Positions 10,879-21,013 of a stretch of 64,000 nt of DNA are shown piece by piece. The stretch lies in assembly GCA_000146465.1 (NCBI GenBank), contig CP001948.1; one strand, given 5' to 3'. Numbering within the stretch: the stretch's first letter is position 1; each line of letters starts with the position of its first letter. Both the position numbers and the translations under genes were made by a program. The notes below the pieces were generated by a model. The model saw only the letters and a program-made list of their open reading frames with translations, was not told the DNA's origin and ran no database searches.

Positions 10879-11742
10879 ATGCTGAACAATAAGGGAAGGA
10901 TCCATTCTATGAGCGGAGGATTTAATCTAAGAGCACCAAGGGAATATGGATTGTTTGAGGACATTGATTTTCCTATGTCTTTAGATTCCATGGATGAGCT
11001 GGACACTAGAAGTAGCATAGGGGCCATGAATGGAACAGAACTCCGAAAGGATGGCATAGAGAGTTTGTTTATAAGCAAAAAGAATGACTACAAAGAAGTG
11101 AAGGAGGAGGAAAAGTTCAACCCGTACGAAGACAACTCGGGAACAACTGTTTGCTTGAAACAGGATGACTTCATTATTGTTGCTGGAGATACAAGACATT
11201 CGTCGGACATGGTCATTAACTCTCGAGAAATGTCAAAAATATTTCGGATGGGGAACTTTCTTTTGACCGGGACAGGATTTTATGCAGACACCTATGAAGT
11301 CTATAGGAAAATGACAGATGAAATACTCCAATACGAAGTCGATGGGCCCATGAGTATTCATAGCTCGGCAAATTTGCTCTCAAAGATTTTGTACTCAAGA
11401 AGGTTTTTCCCATACTACTCGTTCTGTACTCTAAGCGGATTTGAGAAGGGAAAAGCTTACCTTTATCAATATGATCCTCTAGGATCTTATGATCTTACAA
11501 CATGTGTATGCAAGGGAAGTGGAAGAAGCATGATTCAACCTCTGCTGGACTCGTTTATTGACAAAAAGAATTGGAATAACGCGAGTGATGCACAGATAAG
11601 CCAGGAAGACTGTATAAGACTGGTTGTAAAGGCATTCAATTCGGTAGCAGAGAGGGATATAAAGACTAAGGACAATCTGGAGATCTATGTTGTAAGAGAA
11701 CACGAGCTGACTCACCAAATTCTCCCTCTGAGAAGAGATTAA
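10879..11742 (+). CDS. Proteasome beta-type subunit (beta6/PSMB1-like) with a long propeptide
   Basis: FNPYEDNSGTTVCLKQDDFIIVAGDTR...LLSKILYSRRFFPYYSFCTLSGFE..GKAYLYQYDPLGSY...GSGRSMIQPLLD matches the beta-6 family. ORF-track position 10876 is TTG, and the first ATG is at 10879. The propeptide length is uncertain. Confidence 0.8.
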   Translation: MLNNKGRIHSMSGGFNLRAPREYGLFEDIDFPMSLDSMDELDTRSSIGAMNGTELRKDGIESLFISKKNDYKEVKEEEKFNPYEDNSGTTVCLKQDDFIIVAGDTRHSSDMVINSREMSKIFRMGNFLLTGTGFYADTYEVYRKMTDEILQYEVDGPMSIHSSANLLSKILYSRRFFPYYSFCTLSGFEKGKAYLYQYDPLGSYDLTTCVCKGSGRSMIQPLLDSFIDKKNWNNASDAQISQEDCIRLVVKAFNSVAERDIKTKDNLEIYVVREHELTHQILPLRRD

Positions 11743-11838
11743 AATCGATGTCTTATGCCTTGATTTTTTACCTTGTTGGGAGTCCCTTAATTTTTGGACG
11801 ATTTTTAACCCGGGAAAGATATCCCCAAGCATTTGCAG

Positions 11839-13686
11839 ATGAATTTCTTGTTTCCCATGTTTCTTTCGCTTGTCTGCTCCGAAAACTTGGGGATTCGATA
11901 TGAAGACGTGATCAGCAAGTGGGTCAATTACGAGAAGAGGAGAATGAGGGATGGGCCTCTTGGGGTTTCGCCTTCTTCGTTTACTATCGAGAATGGAATG
12001 CCTAAAAGTAGAAGGCTTCTGGACTCGAAAACAATTTGGAATCCAGTAAGGATGTTTGAAGACGATTTTGAAGGACTAGAATGCAAAGGAGTTTTAAAAA
12101 AGATCTCTAGAGATGGAGACTCGAAATATTTGAGTGAGGGATATGAAACGCTGCTCGATGAATCAGGAATCAACTATTTGTGTCTATCGACGGCAGTTAG
12201 GCCGTTAAGAATCAGCATAGAGGGGATTACAAATGTAGCAATTGGATATAGAGGGTATTTTGATGAACAAAAGGCACAAAAACTAGGGGAATGTCTTTCT
12301 AGAGTTCTGAATGGAATGGAAGTGTGTGTTATTCCGGAATCCCTCTGTGGGTTGGTATCGAAGCTGGAGCATGTGGGAGAAGACGTTTCCTTGCACTGCA
12401 TGGTAATTATGACTTCAGGGAGAAAGACAGTATTTTCACTTTACAAGGTGGAGATAAAGGACAAGGAGAGAAGATTTGAGAATCTGTTCCATGAGAGCCT
12501 TGACGGAATATCTGATTGGAAGATGGAAAGAATAGTATACGATTACATAGAGGAAAAGCTTAAGGAATACATTTCCATCAAAGACGATATTTCGGAGACA
12601 AGCAGAAACGTGGCATTCTATCCCCAGATAGAAGAGGGACGGGACTCTAGTTTGAGAATTGACATGAGGCCTATATACAAGGAGATCAGAAATGCTCTAA
12701 GATATGAGAATCCAAGGGGAGGAGTGAAGATGGTTAATGGGGTCAGTGTTGTTGATGGAGAAGAAAATGTAAGGTTTGTTATTGAGGCACCTATTTTTAA
12801 CATTGAAGAAATTCAGAAAAGACTTGAGGAATTTGTTAAAGAGAACGAAGGGGAATTTGGCAGGATGGTTAAGGAGATAAAGAAGAAAGCGGAGGAGATT
12901 ATTGAGCCAGGGGGTTACAGTGTGATGATGAGGTCTGAATTCTATGGGAATCCGATATTTGACAGGATCTTTGGCAATTTTGGCAAGAGAGACCACATAA
13001 GATCGGAAAGCATTGAGAAGGGAGCAGCAAGGATTATGAGAACAGAATATATGGTGATTGATCCGAAGATTCTACGTGTAAAAGGAAGAAGTGGAAATGG
13101 AGAAGCTTACTTGGATGAAGTCAAGGCAAGAAGGGAGATTGGAGAAATACTTGAGAAAAAGAAAGACAAAAAACTCAGAGATATTTTTGAGCTGGTACCT
13201 GATTCATGTATAGAAGAAGCAGATGAGATCTTTTCGGACGTTAGTGAGCTGGACTCCATCAAGAGGGCAGTGGAGAAGTGGAAAGAATTGGAAGCCAAAG
13301 ACGGAGAGATTAGAGAAGAGAAAAGGTTGAGAGAGCAAGCTCTGAAGGATCTAAAAGAGGCGATAATTTCGGCAGAGAAGTTGGGAAAGAGTAATTTGGA
13401 AGTGTGGGATTCGGGATTGAAGGACGAGGTGACAAAAGCACTGGAGCATCTGAACATCATGAGCGCCGATAGCAAATATAAAAAGAAAGATATTGAAGAG
13501 GTGGAGTTCAACCTGATTATTAGAAGCAAAAGCCTGTTTAATGCATACGAAGAAAAGGCCAGGAAAGAGGCTGAGAAGAAGGAAGAAGAAAAAGCCGAGG
13601 GAGACGGAACTGAAAAGGAAGCTGAGGTAAACAAAGACTCTGAGGAGAAACCGGAGTCGGGAGAGGAGGGTAGATCTGAGCTCTAA
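11839..13686 (+). CDS. Signal-peptide protein with a degenerate Hsp70/actin-like ATPase fold and a charged coiled-coil tail
   Basis: Signal peptide [40 protein letters not shown] resembles [20 protein letters not shown]. [28 protein letters not shown] resembles [32 protein letters not shown]. The core ATP-binding motifs are degenerate. The first ATG is used (ORF-track 11833 is TTG). Confidence 0.35.
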   Translation: [615 protein letters not shown]

Positions 13687-13808
13687 GGAATTAAAATTGA
13701 GTCTTTTATATTCTGTATATGAATGGTCAGGTTTCTAAGTGGGAATTCCTTCTGCAGCACTTTACCTGAATTTTTGTAGGGAAAAACAATAGACCCTTAG
13801 AGATATAC

Positions 13809-16800
13809 ATGGACGAGAGCCGAGAGAGATACGAGGCAGAAATGACAAAGAAGCTGGATGCATTCAAAACAGCAAAGGAATGGTCTGACTTTATTTCCCT
13901 TCTGAGCTCACTGGACAACACGATTAGGAAGTTTTCCATACCAGAAATACCAAAAAAGAAGCTTTTGTTTAAGAGGCTAAACCAGTGTCTAAATCCGGTT
14001 TTGCCTGCAGGAATCCACAACAAGACCTTGGAAACATATTCTTTGGTGTTTGAGAAGATTTCCAGAGAGAACTTCCTCAAGGAGTTTGACTTTTTGACAC
14101 TGGGACTCTTCACGTTTTCGGCACATTGTAGAATTCTTGTGATAAGTTCTTTTCTGGACCTTATAGAGAAGTATATTGTTCCATTGGGGGCGGATGTGGA
14201 AAGATATTCCACAAGCATACTTATAGGGCTTCTTCCACCGATGGAGTTCGAATCTGGAGAACATTACAGCCGAGCACACCTCATAGTAACCGAGTTTAAG
14301 TCTCTGGTTTCTCTAGAAGTATTCTACTCTTCGATGTGGAGCATCCTTCTTAACGACGAAAGACTCAGAACATCTGTGGTGAATTATATGCTAAGCCTAG
14401 GCTGGGAAGAGCAGATATTGGGGAATGAAAGACTTGTGGTAAGAGCTCTGTGTGCAGGCCTTGGAAGCGAATCGACTTTAGTGGTAAGAAACTGTTTAGA
14501 TCTCCTGATTTTTGTATTTCCCGATAAGGATCACGTTTGTAAAGAGGATATGCTGGACGACCTTACGGAGGCGGTGATAAGGTTGTTTGTAAAAAGAGAC
14601 CTTTCTCTCAACAAGAGGATCTACGGATGGATGTGTATGGCAGATAACTTTAACGAGGCCGACGTGGCTTTGTTAAGTAGGGCTCTTAAAAGGTTTTTGG
14701 ACAGAAACAGCGCAGAAGACATCCAACTCTTCTTTAGGATCATGATGACGCTTCAAGACAAGGGAAAGCTCTGCGAGAAGATTATGGAGAACCTTCTTTT
14801 TGATGTTCTATCCTGTCTTCAAAAGCATCAAAGGAAGGGTGTGAAGGAAAATGTAGATTCAGATGCATTTGAAGAAAGACAGGGCGAGAGCATTGATGTT
14901 GAAAAGATTGCAAGGGCATTTTTAACCACAGATCTGGATTCGATATGGAAAATATTCTATCTCCGGCTGAGAAATGTCCTGAAGGAGGCCAAGGAAAAAA
15001 TGCTTTTGGACTTGAATCTAATTGACGACGAAGAGCTTAATGACAGTGTGATGAGAGAGGAGATATATAGTATGCATACGATGTCGTTAATTCTTAATGA
15101 GGGGCAAATAGTTCTATCAGAGGGGTCTTCTCTTAATAACTCTCAGGACCGGAGTTCAAACGAAAAGATTTCAGAAGCAGAGGAAAGAAGTTCTTTCGAA
15201 GAAATAAGCCCGAGGAAAGAAGAGATAGTAGCAAAAGCGTTAAAAGTCGAAAAAAGACACCGAAACAGAAGAGATTCAAGAAGGCCCACCCAGGTTCTTT
15301 CCTTCATAAGGTTTGCCGTGGAAAATTACTCTGTAGTGGACTCGGAAGTCTTCCACTACCATCTTCCGTTTCTGGTCCATTTAGTCCTTTCTGACTTTCT
15401 ACTGTTTGACGCTCAGATTGTTTTTTCGTTTCTGGATTTCAGTGCAAAGATAATGAAGTTTAAGGAAAAACAAGTTGAAGGAGGAAGGAATCTGCAGAAG
15501 CTGATTGGGAGATTTTATCTGGAGGAGGACACCAGCGTACTGGACGATGTCTCGTCAACAATACTTTACAGCATTTCGGACAAGATTGGAATAGCTATTG
15601 AAAGTAATGTTGAATTATCTCTTCCATTAATGTCCACTTTCATTAAGATCTATGGAGAGGATGTTTTCCCCAGTGGTTTTATACCGAATTATCATAACTT
15701 CATACTGAAGTCTTCCAACAGGCTTATAAAGGAGCATCTTGAAGTTTACAAGATAATTGATTGCACTCGACTTGATTCCCAAGCCATGTTCGATGTCCTA
15801 TGGACAAGATTCTGCCACGTGGAGAAAGACCTCTATCTGGAGAATCCAAAGGAGTCTGACACCAACAACGGAATGCAAAGGATATCCAGAAGAAACATAA
15901 CAAGTAGATTCTTTATTACAGGCAAGGGACCTCACCGCAGGGCATTGGTTGAACTTCTATGGAAGTATAACGCGATCTTTGGGCGGAGCTTTGAAAAGTT
16001 TCTTCTAAAAAGAATTGGAGAAGGAGAGGTAGAGGAAATTAGTTACTTTCTCCTTCTTAAGATTGAGAATTTTAAAGGGAACTTCGACTTCTTAGAGCTG
16101 TATTACATCATTAACTGCAAGCTTGATCCTGAAGATCTGGTGTTGAACACATTTCTTTGCTCTCTTACGTGTTTTGATGATCTATTTAAGTTCCTCTTGA
16201 AGAAACTTGAGGATTCAAACATACAGACAAGTGACACCTTCTTTTCGGAGTCCATTGATCTTAATCAGATAGTTGGAGTGTTCAAGTGCATCAAGAATCT
16301 TCTGGAGTATTCCAAAGGATTTAAGTCGATGCTTGTAGACTCTGAAGAGAAGTTGTATTCCAAAGTACTCCCTCTGGAGGAGCCGGTATCATCCAGAGAA
16401 ATCTTGTATAGAATACTAGTGCATTTGCTTGTGAACAGAAAAGAATACGATGGAAGGGATTTCGACTTGGAGATCATCAAGGTTCTCGAGGCTCTAATGA
16501 GAGGGGGGATTCTTGACAGCAGTGTGATGAATGTGGTAGATCTTTCCAAGATTGTGGATGTGGCAAAAGGATACAGAGGAGATCCTGCAATTGTGTTGGG
16601 AATTGCTCCGTTGATTAAGCATAGTGGAAACAGTATGGCAATCCAAGACCTGTGCAGTATACTTGATAGTCAATGCTTCTACTACCATGAATTCCTAGGG
16701 TTTGTCTTTTCATTAACCGATAGACTCCAAAGAAAGGTACTTTCAAACGTGCTCTTTTCACTAGAAAACCAGGACTTTGCACTCATGATAGTCTCGGAAA

Positions 16801-18464
16801 CAATAACTAACATGCTGGTTAAAAGAGGAGTTGAGGGCGAGCTGCCTGGCTTCATAGACAAAAGCATGAAGTTTATTTTTGAGTTCTTTGAGAACCAGTA
16901 CGTCGATGTAAACGAAGCAGAAAGTGAGGGAAATAAGGTTAGGAGTGTAGTTCGGAAAGACAAGTTTGATGAGCAGTCTATTGGTGGCGATGATCTGGTT
17001 GTGTTTGAGGAAAGGATTAACACAAGAATGAATGCTTTGAGATTCTCGACGGCAAAGGAGTTGTCGTCTCTGTTTTTCAAGAAGGTGCCTATTGGGTTTG
17101 TCGAGATGATCCTGGGGAATCCGCCGTGCATTCCGTTTTTGAAGTCTATTGACTTCCGGGAGCAGCTTTACATGTCAATTATGAATCTTTACTCAACAAA
17201 TGCTATGAAGGTGTTCAAGTTTCTGGGCGTGCTGAACAAGGTCATGGATCCTCAGGAAATGATAGGGGTTTTCAATAAGTCAAAGAATCTTCTCGAAAAA
17301 ATCTCTTCCTACAGGATAGGGTCTGACTATTCTCCCTTAAACTTTGTCTTGGACTTTCTACAGTCTCTAGACCTTCAAGAGGATGCAGAGGCTCTTGTTC
17401 AGTCGGCCATCATAAACTCCGTTTACTTCTTACAGAAAAGGTTGGATCTAAAAATAAGGAATGGAGAGAAAGAATTCGAAGATGAAATTGGATTACTTGA
17501 TAGAATAACAAACTTTAAGTTCCAGGGAGTAGTTCTTTCGGCTGTTCCCAGTCTGATCACAGTCATCCTTACCTTGGTTAATTCGAATAGTCCTAATCTC
17601 AAAAATGTCGGAATTGATACTCTTGCAAAGTTGAGCAGCAAGGGTCTTGAGGAGAAGTATTGGAAGAAAGAGTATATAGAGATATTTCATACACTTGACT
17701 TCTTTACATACCGTCTATACAAGAAGTCAGATCTCATGAAAAAAGTTGTGGCTAAAGACCCTTCCATTATTAACGACCTGATTGTCAGGCTGGACAGTGG
17801 ATTTTTTGTCTCGCAGGCATCGGATGCCAACAACAAAACTCTAGTACTGAAAAGGATCTCGTTCATTATATTTTCAGCACCCTACAACTACTTTGCAAGC
17901 TTCTCTTTGAAGCTCATCGAGAAGATAGCGAGTCTGATAAATTATCCTTCTTCAAAGGTCAGAAGGGAGGTGTTTCTGCTTTCTAAGATGCTGGTTCTCA
18001 AGATTTCCCACGACAAGCTAATCAATCTGTATCCCATTCTTCTCTATGATATCGGGATAATAATCGAGAGTTCTGATTTTGAGGACGTGATGCTTCTCGC
18101 CGAGGTGCTGAAGCTATTGGATGTGGTGTTTCTGTTGAACACACCTCAATTTACAGAGACGAGGGTGGTGTTTCTTGGGCCTCGATGCACCACGACGATG
18201 GAAGGAGAAGGAAAGAAGCCTGGCTTAGAGAATCTAAGGGATTTGTTGAATTGCAAGTACGGGAAGGAGATTCCCAGCGAGTTCCGAAGACCTAAGAAGA
18301 AGATCCCGTTTCTGGGGCCAGGGAAAAAGGATATCGACGAGATATTGGACTTTACAAGCAATGCATTGGAGTATTATAACTGGCTCGATGAGAACTGCTC
18401 TGAAATCGACTATGAATACCTATTCAACCTCACTCTGGAAGAGCTGACAGAAACGACCGAGTAA
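13809..18464 (+). CDS. DOP1: Dopey/Dop1 family protein (large Golgi/endosome trafficking scaffold)
   Basis: The N-terminal 300 aa (KEWSDFISLLSSLD...KKLLFKRLNQCLNPVLPAGIHNKTLETYSLVFEKI...LGLFTF...YIVPLG...LIGLLPPMEFESGEHY) match the Dopey_N domain. The 1551-aa size is consistent. Confidence 0.8.
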   Translation: MDESRERYEAEMTKKLDAFKTAKEWSDFISLLSSLDNTIRKFSIPEIPKKKLLFKRLNQCLNPVLPAGIHNKTLETYSLVFEKISRENFLKEFDFLTLGLFTFSAHCRILVISSFLDLIEKYIVPLGADVERYSTSILIGLLPPMEFESGEHYSRAHLIVTEFKSLVSLEVFYSSMWSILLNDERLRTSVVNYMLSLGWEEQILGNERLVVRALCAGLGSESTLVVRNCLDLLIFVFPDKDHVCKEDMLDDLTEAVIRLFVKRDLSLNKRIYGWMCMADNFNEADVALLSRALKRFLDRNSAEDIQLFFRIMMTLQDKGKLCEKIMENLLFDVLSCLQKHQRKGVKENVDSDAFEERQGESIDVEKIARAFLTTDLDSIWKIFYLRLRNVLKEAKEKMLLDLNLIDDEELNDSVMREEIYSMHTMSLILNEGQIVLSEGSSLNNSQDRSSNEKISEAEERSSFEEISPRKEEIVAKALKVEKRHRNRRDSRRPTQVLSFIRFAVENYSVVDSEVFHYHLPFLVHLVLSDFLLFDAQIVFSFLDFSAKIMKFKEKQVEGGRNLQKLIGRFYLEEDTSVLDDVSSTILYSISDKIGIAIESNVELSLPLMSTFIKIYGEDVFPSGFIPNYHNFILKSSNRLIKEHLEVYKIIDCTRLDSQAMFDVLWTRFCHVEKDLYLENPKESDTNNGMQRISRRNITSRFFITGKGPHRRALVELLWKYNAIFGRSFEKFLLKRIGEGEVEEISYFLLLKIENFKGNFDFLELYYIINCKLDPEDLVLNTFLCSLTCFDDLFKFLLKKLEDSNIQTSDTFFSESIDLNQIVGVFKCIKNLLEYSKGFKSMLVDSEEKLYSKVLPLEEPVSSREILYRILVHLLVNRKEYDGRDFDLEIIKVLEALMRGGILDSSVMNVVDLSKIVDVAKGYRGDPAIVLGIAPLIKHSGNSMAIQDLCSILDSQCFYYHEFLGFVFSLTDRLQRKVLSNVLFSLENQDFALMIVSETITNMLVKRGVEGELPGFIDKSMKFIFEFFENQYVDVNEAESEGNKVRSVVRKDKFDEQSIGGDDLVVFEERINTRMNALRFSTAKELSSLFFKKVPIGFVEMILGNPPCIPFLKSIDFREQLYMSIMNLYSTNAMKVFKFLGVLNKVMDPQEMIGVFNKSKNLLEKISSYRIGSDYSPLNFVLDFLQSLDLQEDAEALVQSAIINSVYFLQKRLDLKIRNGEKEFEDEIGLLDRITNFKFQGVVLSAVPSLITVILTLVNSNSPNLKNVGIDTLAKLSSKGLEEKYWKKEYIEIFHTLDFFTYRLYKKSDLMKKVVAKDPSIINDLIVRLDSGFFVSQASDANNKTLVLKRISFIIFSAPYNYFASFSLKLIEKIASLINYPSSKVRREVFLLSKMLVLKISHDKLINLYPILLYDIGIIIESSDFEDVMLLAEVLKLLDVVFLLNTPQFTETRVVFLGPRCTTTMEGEGKKPGLENLRDLLNCKYGKEIPSEFRRPKKKIPFLGPGKKDIDEILDFTSNALEYYNWLDENCSEIDYEYLFNLTLEELTETTE

Positions 18465-18515
18465 ATGTGTTTTTGATATCTCTACTTGTTTTTATTTTTA
18501 GATACAAGAAATAAC

Positions 18516-18881
18516 ATGGGAAAGGCTTCAGGGCCCTGGACAAGCCGGATGAAGGATACCATGGCTATCTTCAAAAAAAATCAGAAAATATATTCTACAG
18601 GCGCCTTTGATCCGCTGATTCTAGATGCAGTGACTGGATTGAGGGAGATGGCCAGGATGGCCTATGGGGATGAGTTACTCTATGTTGAGGCGAGGGGATG
18701 GGTGATCAGCTCTCTTTTCGGAGTAAATGACGTAGTTGTGATCTTAGTAAGCAGGGGACTAGATTCAAAGAAGCTGAAGCATATCTACGAGTCGTACCGT
18801 GTATGTGAAGCTTACAAAGACATTGGACTCATGGATATCCTTCTAAGGATGTATGGCAAAAAGGCAGGAGCAGGGAGATGA
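18516..18881 (+). CDS. Hypothetical small protein (possible roadblock/longin-like alpha-beta fold)
   Basis: ORF-track 18486 is TTG, and the first ATG gives MGKASGPW.... No confident family match. Confidence 0.35.
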   Translation: MGKASGPWTSRMKDTMAIFKKNQKIYSTGAFDPLILDAVTGLREMARMAYGDELLYVEARGWVISSLFGVNDVVVILVSRGLDSKKLKHIYESYRVCEAYKDIGLMDILLRMYGKKAGAGR

Positions 18882-18947
18882 TGTATCCCAGTAGTGCCAG
18901 TGTTCTTTCAAAGGCTAATAAAAATTTTTAGCAAATGGCCCAGAGAA

Positions 18948-19251
18948 ATGGTAAGTCGGCTTTAGACTGGTTAATTTGTAGAGTAAAGGTACAGCCAGCT
19001 TTGGAAAAAAGAACAAGAGGAACACGGAAATGTGTAGAAGATGCGGAAGACAGAGTTATCACAAGCAGAAGAATTCATGCTCATCATGCGGATATCCTAC
19101 TCCGAAGATGAGAAACCCAGGGTCTATCAAGGCAAGACGTAGACGCACTGTCGGAACGGGCAGAATGAGATACATGAAAAGAGAACTGAGGGCTGCAAAG
19201 AACGGACATAGGGGAAATCCAATATTGAGGCCCCTCTGGAGTGGAAATTAA
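18948..19251 (+). CDS. RPL37: 60S ribosomal protein L37e, with exon 1 = ATG only (18948-18950), intron 18951-18981, and exon 2 18982-19251
   Basis: The ORF-track ORF starts MCRRCG, which lacks the conserved L37e N-terminus. The in-frame upstream sequence reads (stop)[22 protein letters not shown], matching [66 protein letters not shown] provides a 31-nt intron with a GTAAGT donor, a TTAAT branch site and a TAG acceptor. Confidence 0.8.
18951..18981 (+). other. Spliceosomal intron (31 nt) directly after the RPL37 start codon
   Basis: GTAAGT...TTAATTTGTAG. Removing it restores the conserved L37e N-terminus. Confidence 0.75.
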
Positions 19252-19318
19252 AGTGGTTTTCTTTCTGTTTTAATCAGTAATGCCTCATACATAAAAGACT
19301 TTGGGCCTAGACCCTGAA

Positions 19319-20017
19319 ATGAACTTGTTGTGGGCGGGATATGTTTTTGGGAAAATGATTACACACGAGGTCGAGAGGGTCTTGGAAAGGCCAAGCGAAA
19401 TGGAGCCATTAAAGACCATCTCCAATGGAATGTCGAGTTTACACCTTTACTTGCAAGAGACCGAGGGAGACGTGTATGAACCGGCTTTTTCCCAGCTTGT
19501 GCAAAGGCTCAAGAACATCCCGGATTTTGTTATGGAGCAGGGAGACAAGATCTATCGCATTGTTCCTTTTGAATCGATTGAGATAGATTCTCCTGGAGGA
19601 AAGAAAAATCATGGGAAGTTCCATGAGATAGCAAGCATGGGAAACGAGGTGGTCATGACATACACAAGCAGTGGACGTGATGGCGAAGAGGGCATGTATA
19701 CAACCATAACAGTTATCTTTACATCCTCTGATGGAGAAGAGAAAATAGAGAAGATTTACAGTGGATGGTCGGAGTCCTGTCTTCTAAGGGTTTCGACACC
19801 AAAGCTCAAGGTTAAGCACAGGAAAAGAATTCTGTCCATGTATCTTGAGGATTTGGAGAGTAAGGATCCAAAGGAGGAGGCCATTGGACACTGGATTGAG
19901 GGGGTTAATTCCGAAGGAAAAGGATTTAACAACGACGCCATTCTTAAAGAGGAGATGATGATATTCGAAGAGGCAGGAAGAAAGGACAGTGGGGACTCTG
20001 TTAAAAAAGCAGACTAG
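19319..20017 (+). CDS. Hypothetical protein
   Basis: ORF-track 19301 is TTG, and the first ATG at 19319 gives MNLLWAGYVF.... A CCC motif lies upstream. No family match. Confidence 0.4.
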   Translation: MNLLWAGYVFGKMITHEVERVLERPSEMEPLKTISNGMSSLHLYLQETEGDVYEPAFSQLVQRLKNIPDFVMEQGDKIYRIVPFESIEIDSPGGKKNHGKFHEIASMGNEVVMTYTSSGRDGEEGMYTTITVIFTSSDGEEKIEKIYSGWSESCLLRVSTPKLKVKHRKRILSMYLEDLESKDPKEEAIGHWIEGVNSEGKGFNNDAILKEEMMIFEEAGRKDSGDSVKKAD

Positions 20018-20092
20018 ATGATGAAAGAGATTAAAGGTTTTGTGGATTTTATCTATGTCGGCGAGTAACGCGAGCCCTTTCCTAATCAGCAA

Positions 20093-20163
20093 GGGCCCTT
20101 AGTATAATGGTAGAACACTTGGCTTCGGACCAAATAGTCCGGGTTCGAATCCCGGAGGGCTCG
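20093..20163 (+). tRNA. tRNA-Arg (anticodon TCG)
   Basis: GGGCCCT acceptor arm pairing with AGGGCTC, T-arm CCGGG-TTCGAAT-CCCGG, anticodon loop CTTCGGA (TCG), and a 4-nt variable loop. 71 nt, no CCA. Confidence 0.7.
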
Positions 20164-20202
20164 GTTTTATGCCATCCTTTTCAATCAGATGAAAACAATC
20201 CT

Positions 20203-20937
20203 TTATTTCTTTCTAATCTTGTTTTTTTCCCTCAGATAAAAAGCCATTTTCTCTCCAAAGCTTCTGTTTTCCCTCACCTTTAAAGCCTCCGCATCCCTGT
20301 TGTATCCCTGCTTCATCTCGAGGACTCTCTTGCTCGGCTCGGGGACTATAGTATCGAAGAGACCCAGGAAGTCATCAATAAATTCGGGGTTCTCAAGAAG
20401 AGATAGGCCTGCCTTCAGGAAAACCTGGCTTTCAAAGGAAGGAGAGTCTTCGATGTCTTGAGGAGCATAACTTACAAAGAAGATAGAGACATCGTATTTC
20501 TTTATGAACTCAAGATGCTTTTCCCCCAGGGCGCCAAATGTCCTATATCCAGGTATATTTCCAAGCAAGCATTTTTTGGTGTATTTCAGACCATAGTGTT
20601 TTGGAGGCAATGTCTTTCTAAACACATACATGCACGGGGTCCTAACTTTCAGCTGTCCCGTTAGGATTAGACTCTCTTTTGGAACAGAGCCGAGAATGTA
20701 GCTCAAGCAGAAGTCTCTTTTGAGAGTGATTATTCCGCAAAGATAATCCAGACTGGGATGTCCTACTAACTTCAATATGGACTGGTGGATGGACGGGAAT
20801 TCTTCAGCACTTCTTTCAAAGTGTTTCTTAAACGGCTCAAGAAGCAAAGTCTTTTTGTCCAAAAGCCTCCTCTTTCGATTCACAAGGAAAAAGCAAAATG
20901 CAAGAGCCAAAGCCACAATAACTACGTCGTGCAGCAT
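20203..20937 (-). CDS. Hypothetical type-II membrane protein (N-terminal signal anchor)
   Basis: ATG confirmed at 20937. The N-terminus VVIVALALAFCFFLV is a TM segment. No family match. Confidence 0.4.
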   Translation of the reverse strand: MLHDVVIVALALAFCFFLVNRKRRLLDKKTLLLEPFKKHFERSAEEFPSIHQSILKLVGHPSLDYLCGIITLKRDFCLSYILGSVPKESLILTGQLKVRTPCMYVFRKTLPPKHYGLKYTKKCLLGNIPGYRTFGALGEKHLEFIKKYDVSIFFVSYAPQDIEDSPSFESQVFLKAGLSLLENPEFIDDFLGLFDTIVPEPSKRVLEMKQGYNRDAEALKVRENRSFGEKMAFYLREKNKIRKK

Positions 20938-21013
20938 CGGGGCAACAATATATTACCCTAAAAACCAACATCGGTTTGCAGAAGCAGATGGGTTCCTTTG
21001 GGGCCTATCTTGA

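Noticed and set aside
14218-14240. A GAGTTCGAATCTGG T-loop-like sequence suggesting a tRNA inside DOP1
   Set aside because: No complementary T-stem, acceptor or anticodon arms can be formed. It is in-frame coding (PPMEFESGEHY) in a conserved Dopey N-domain.
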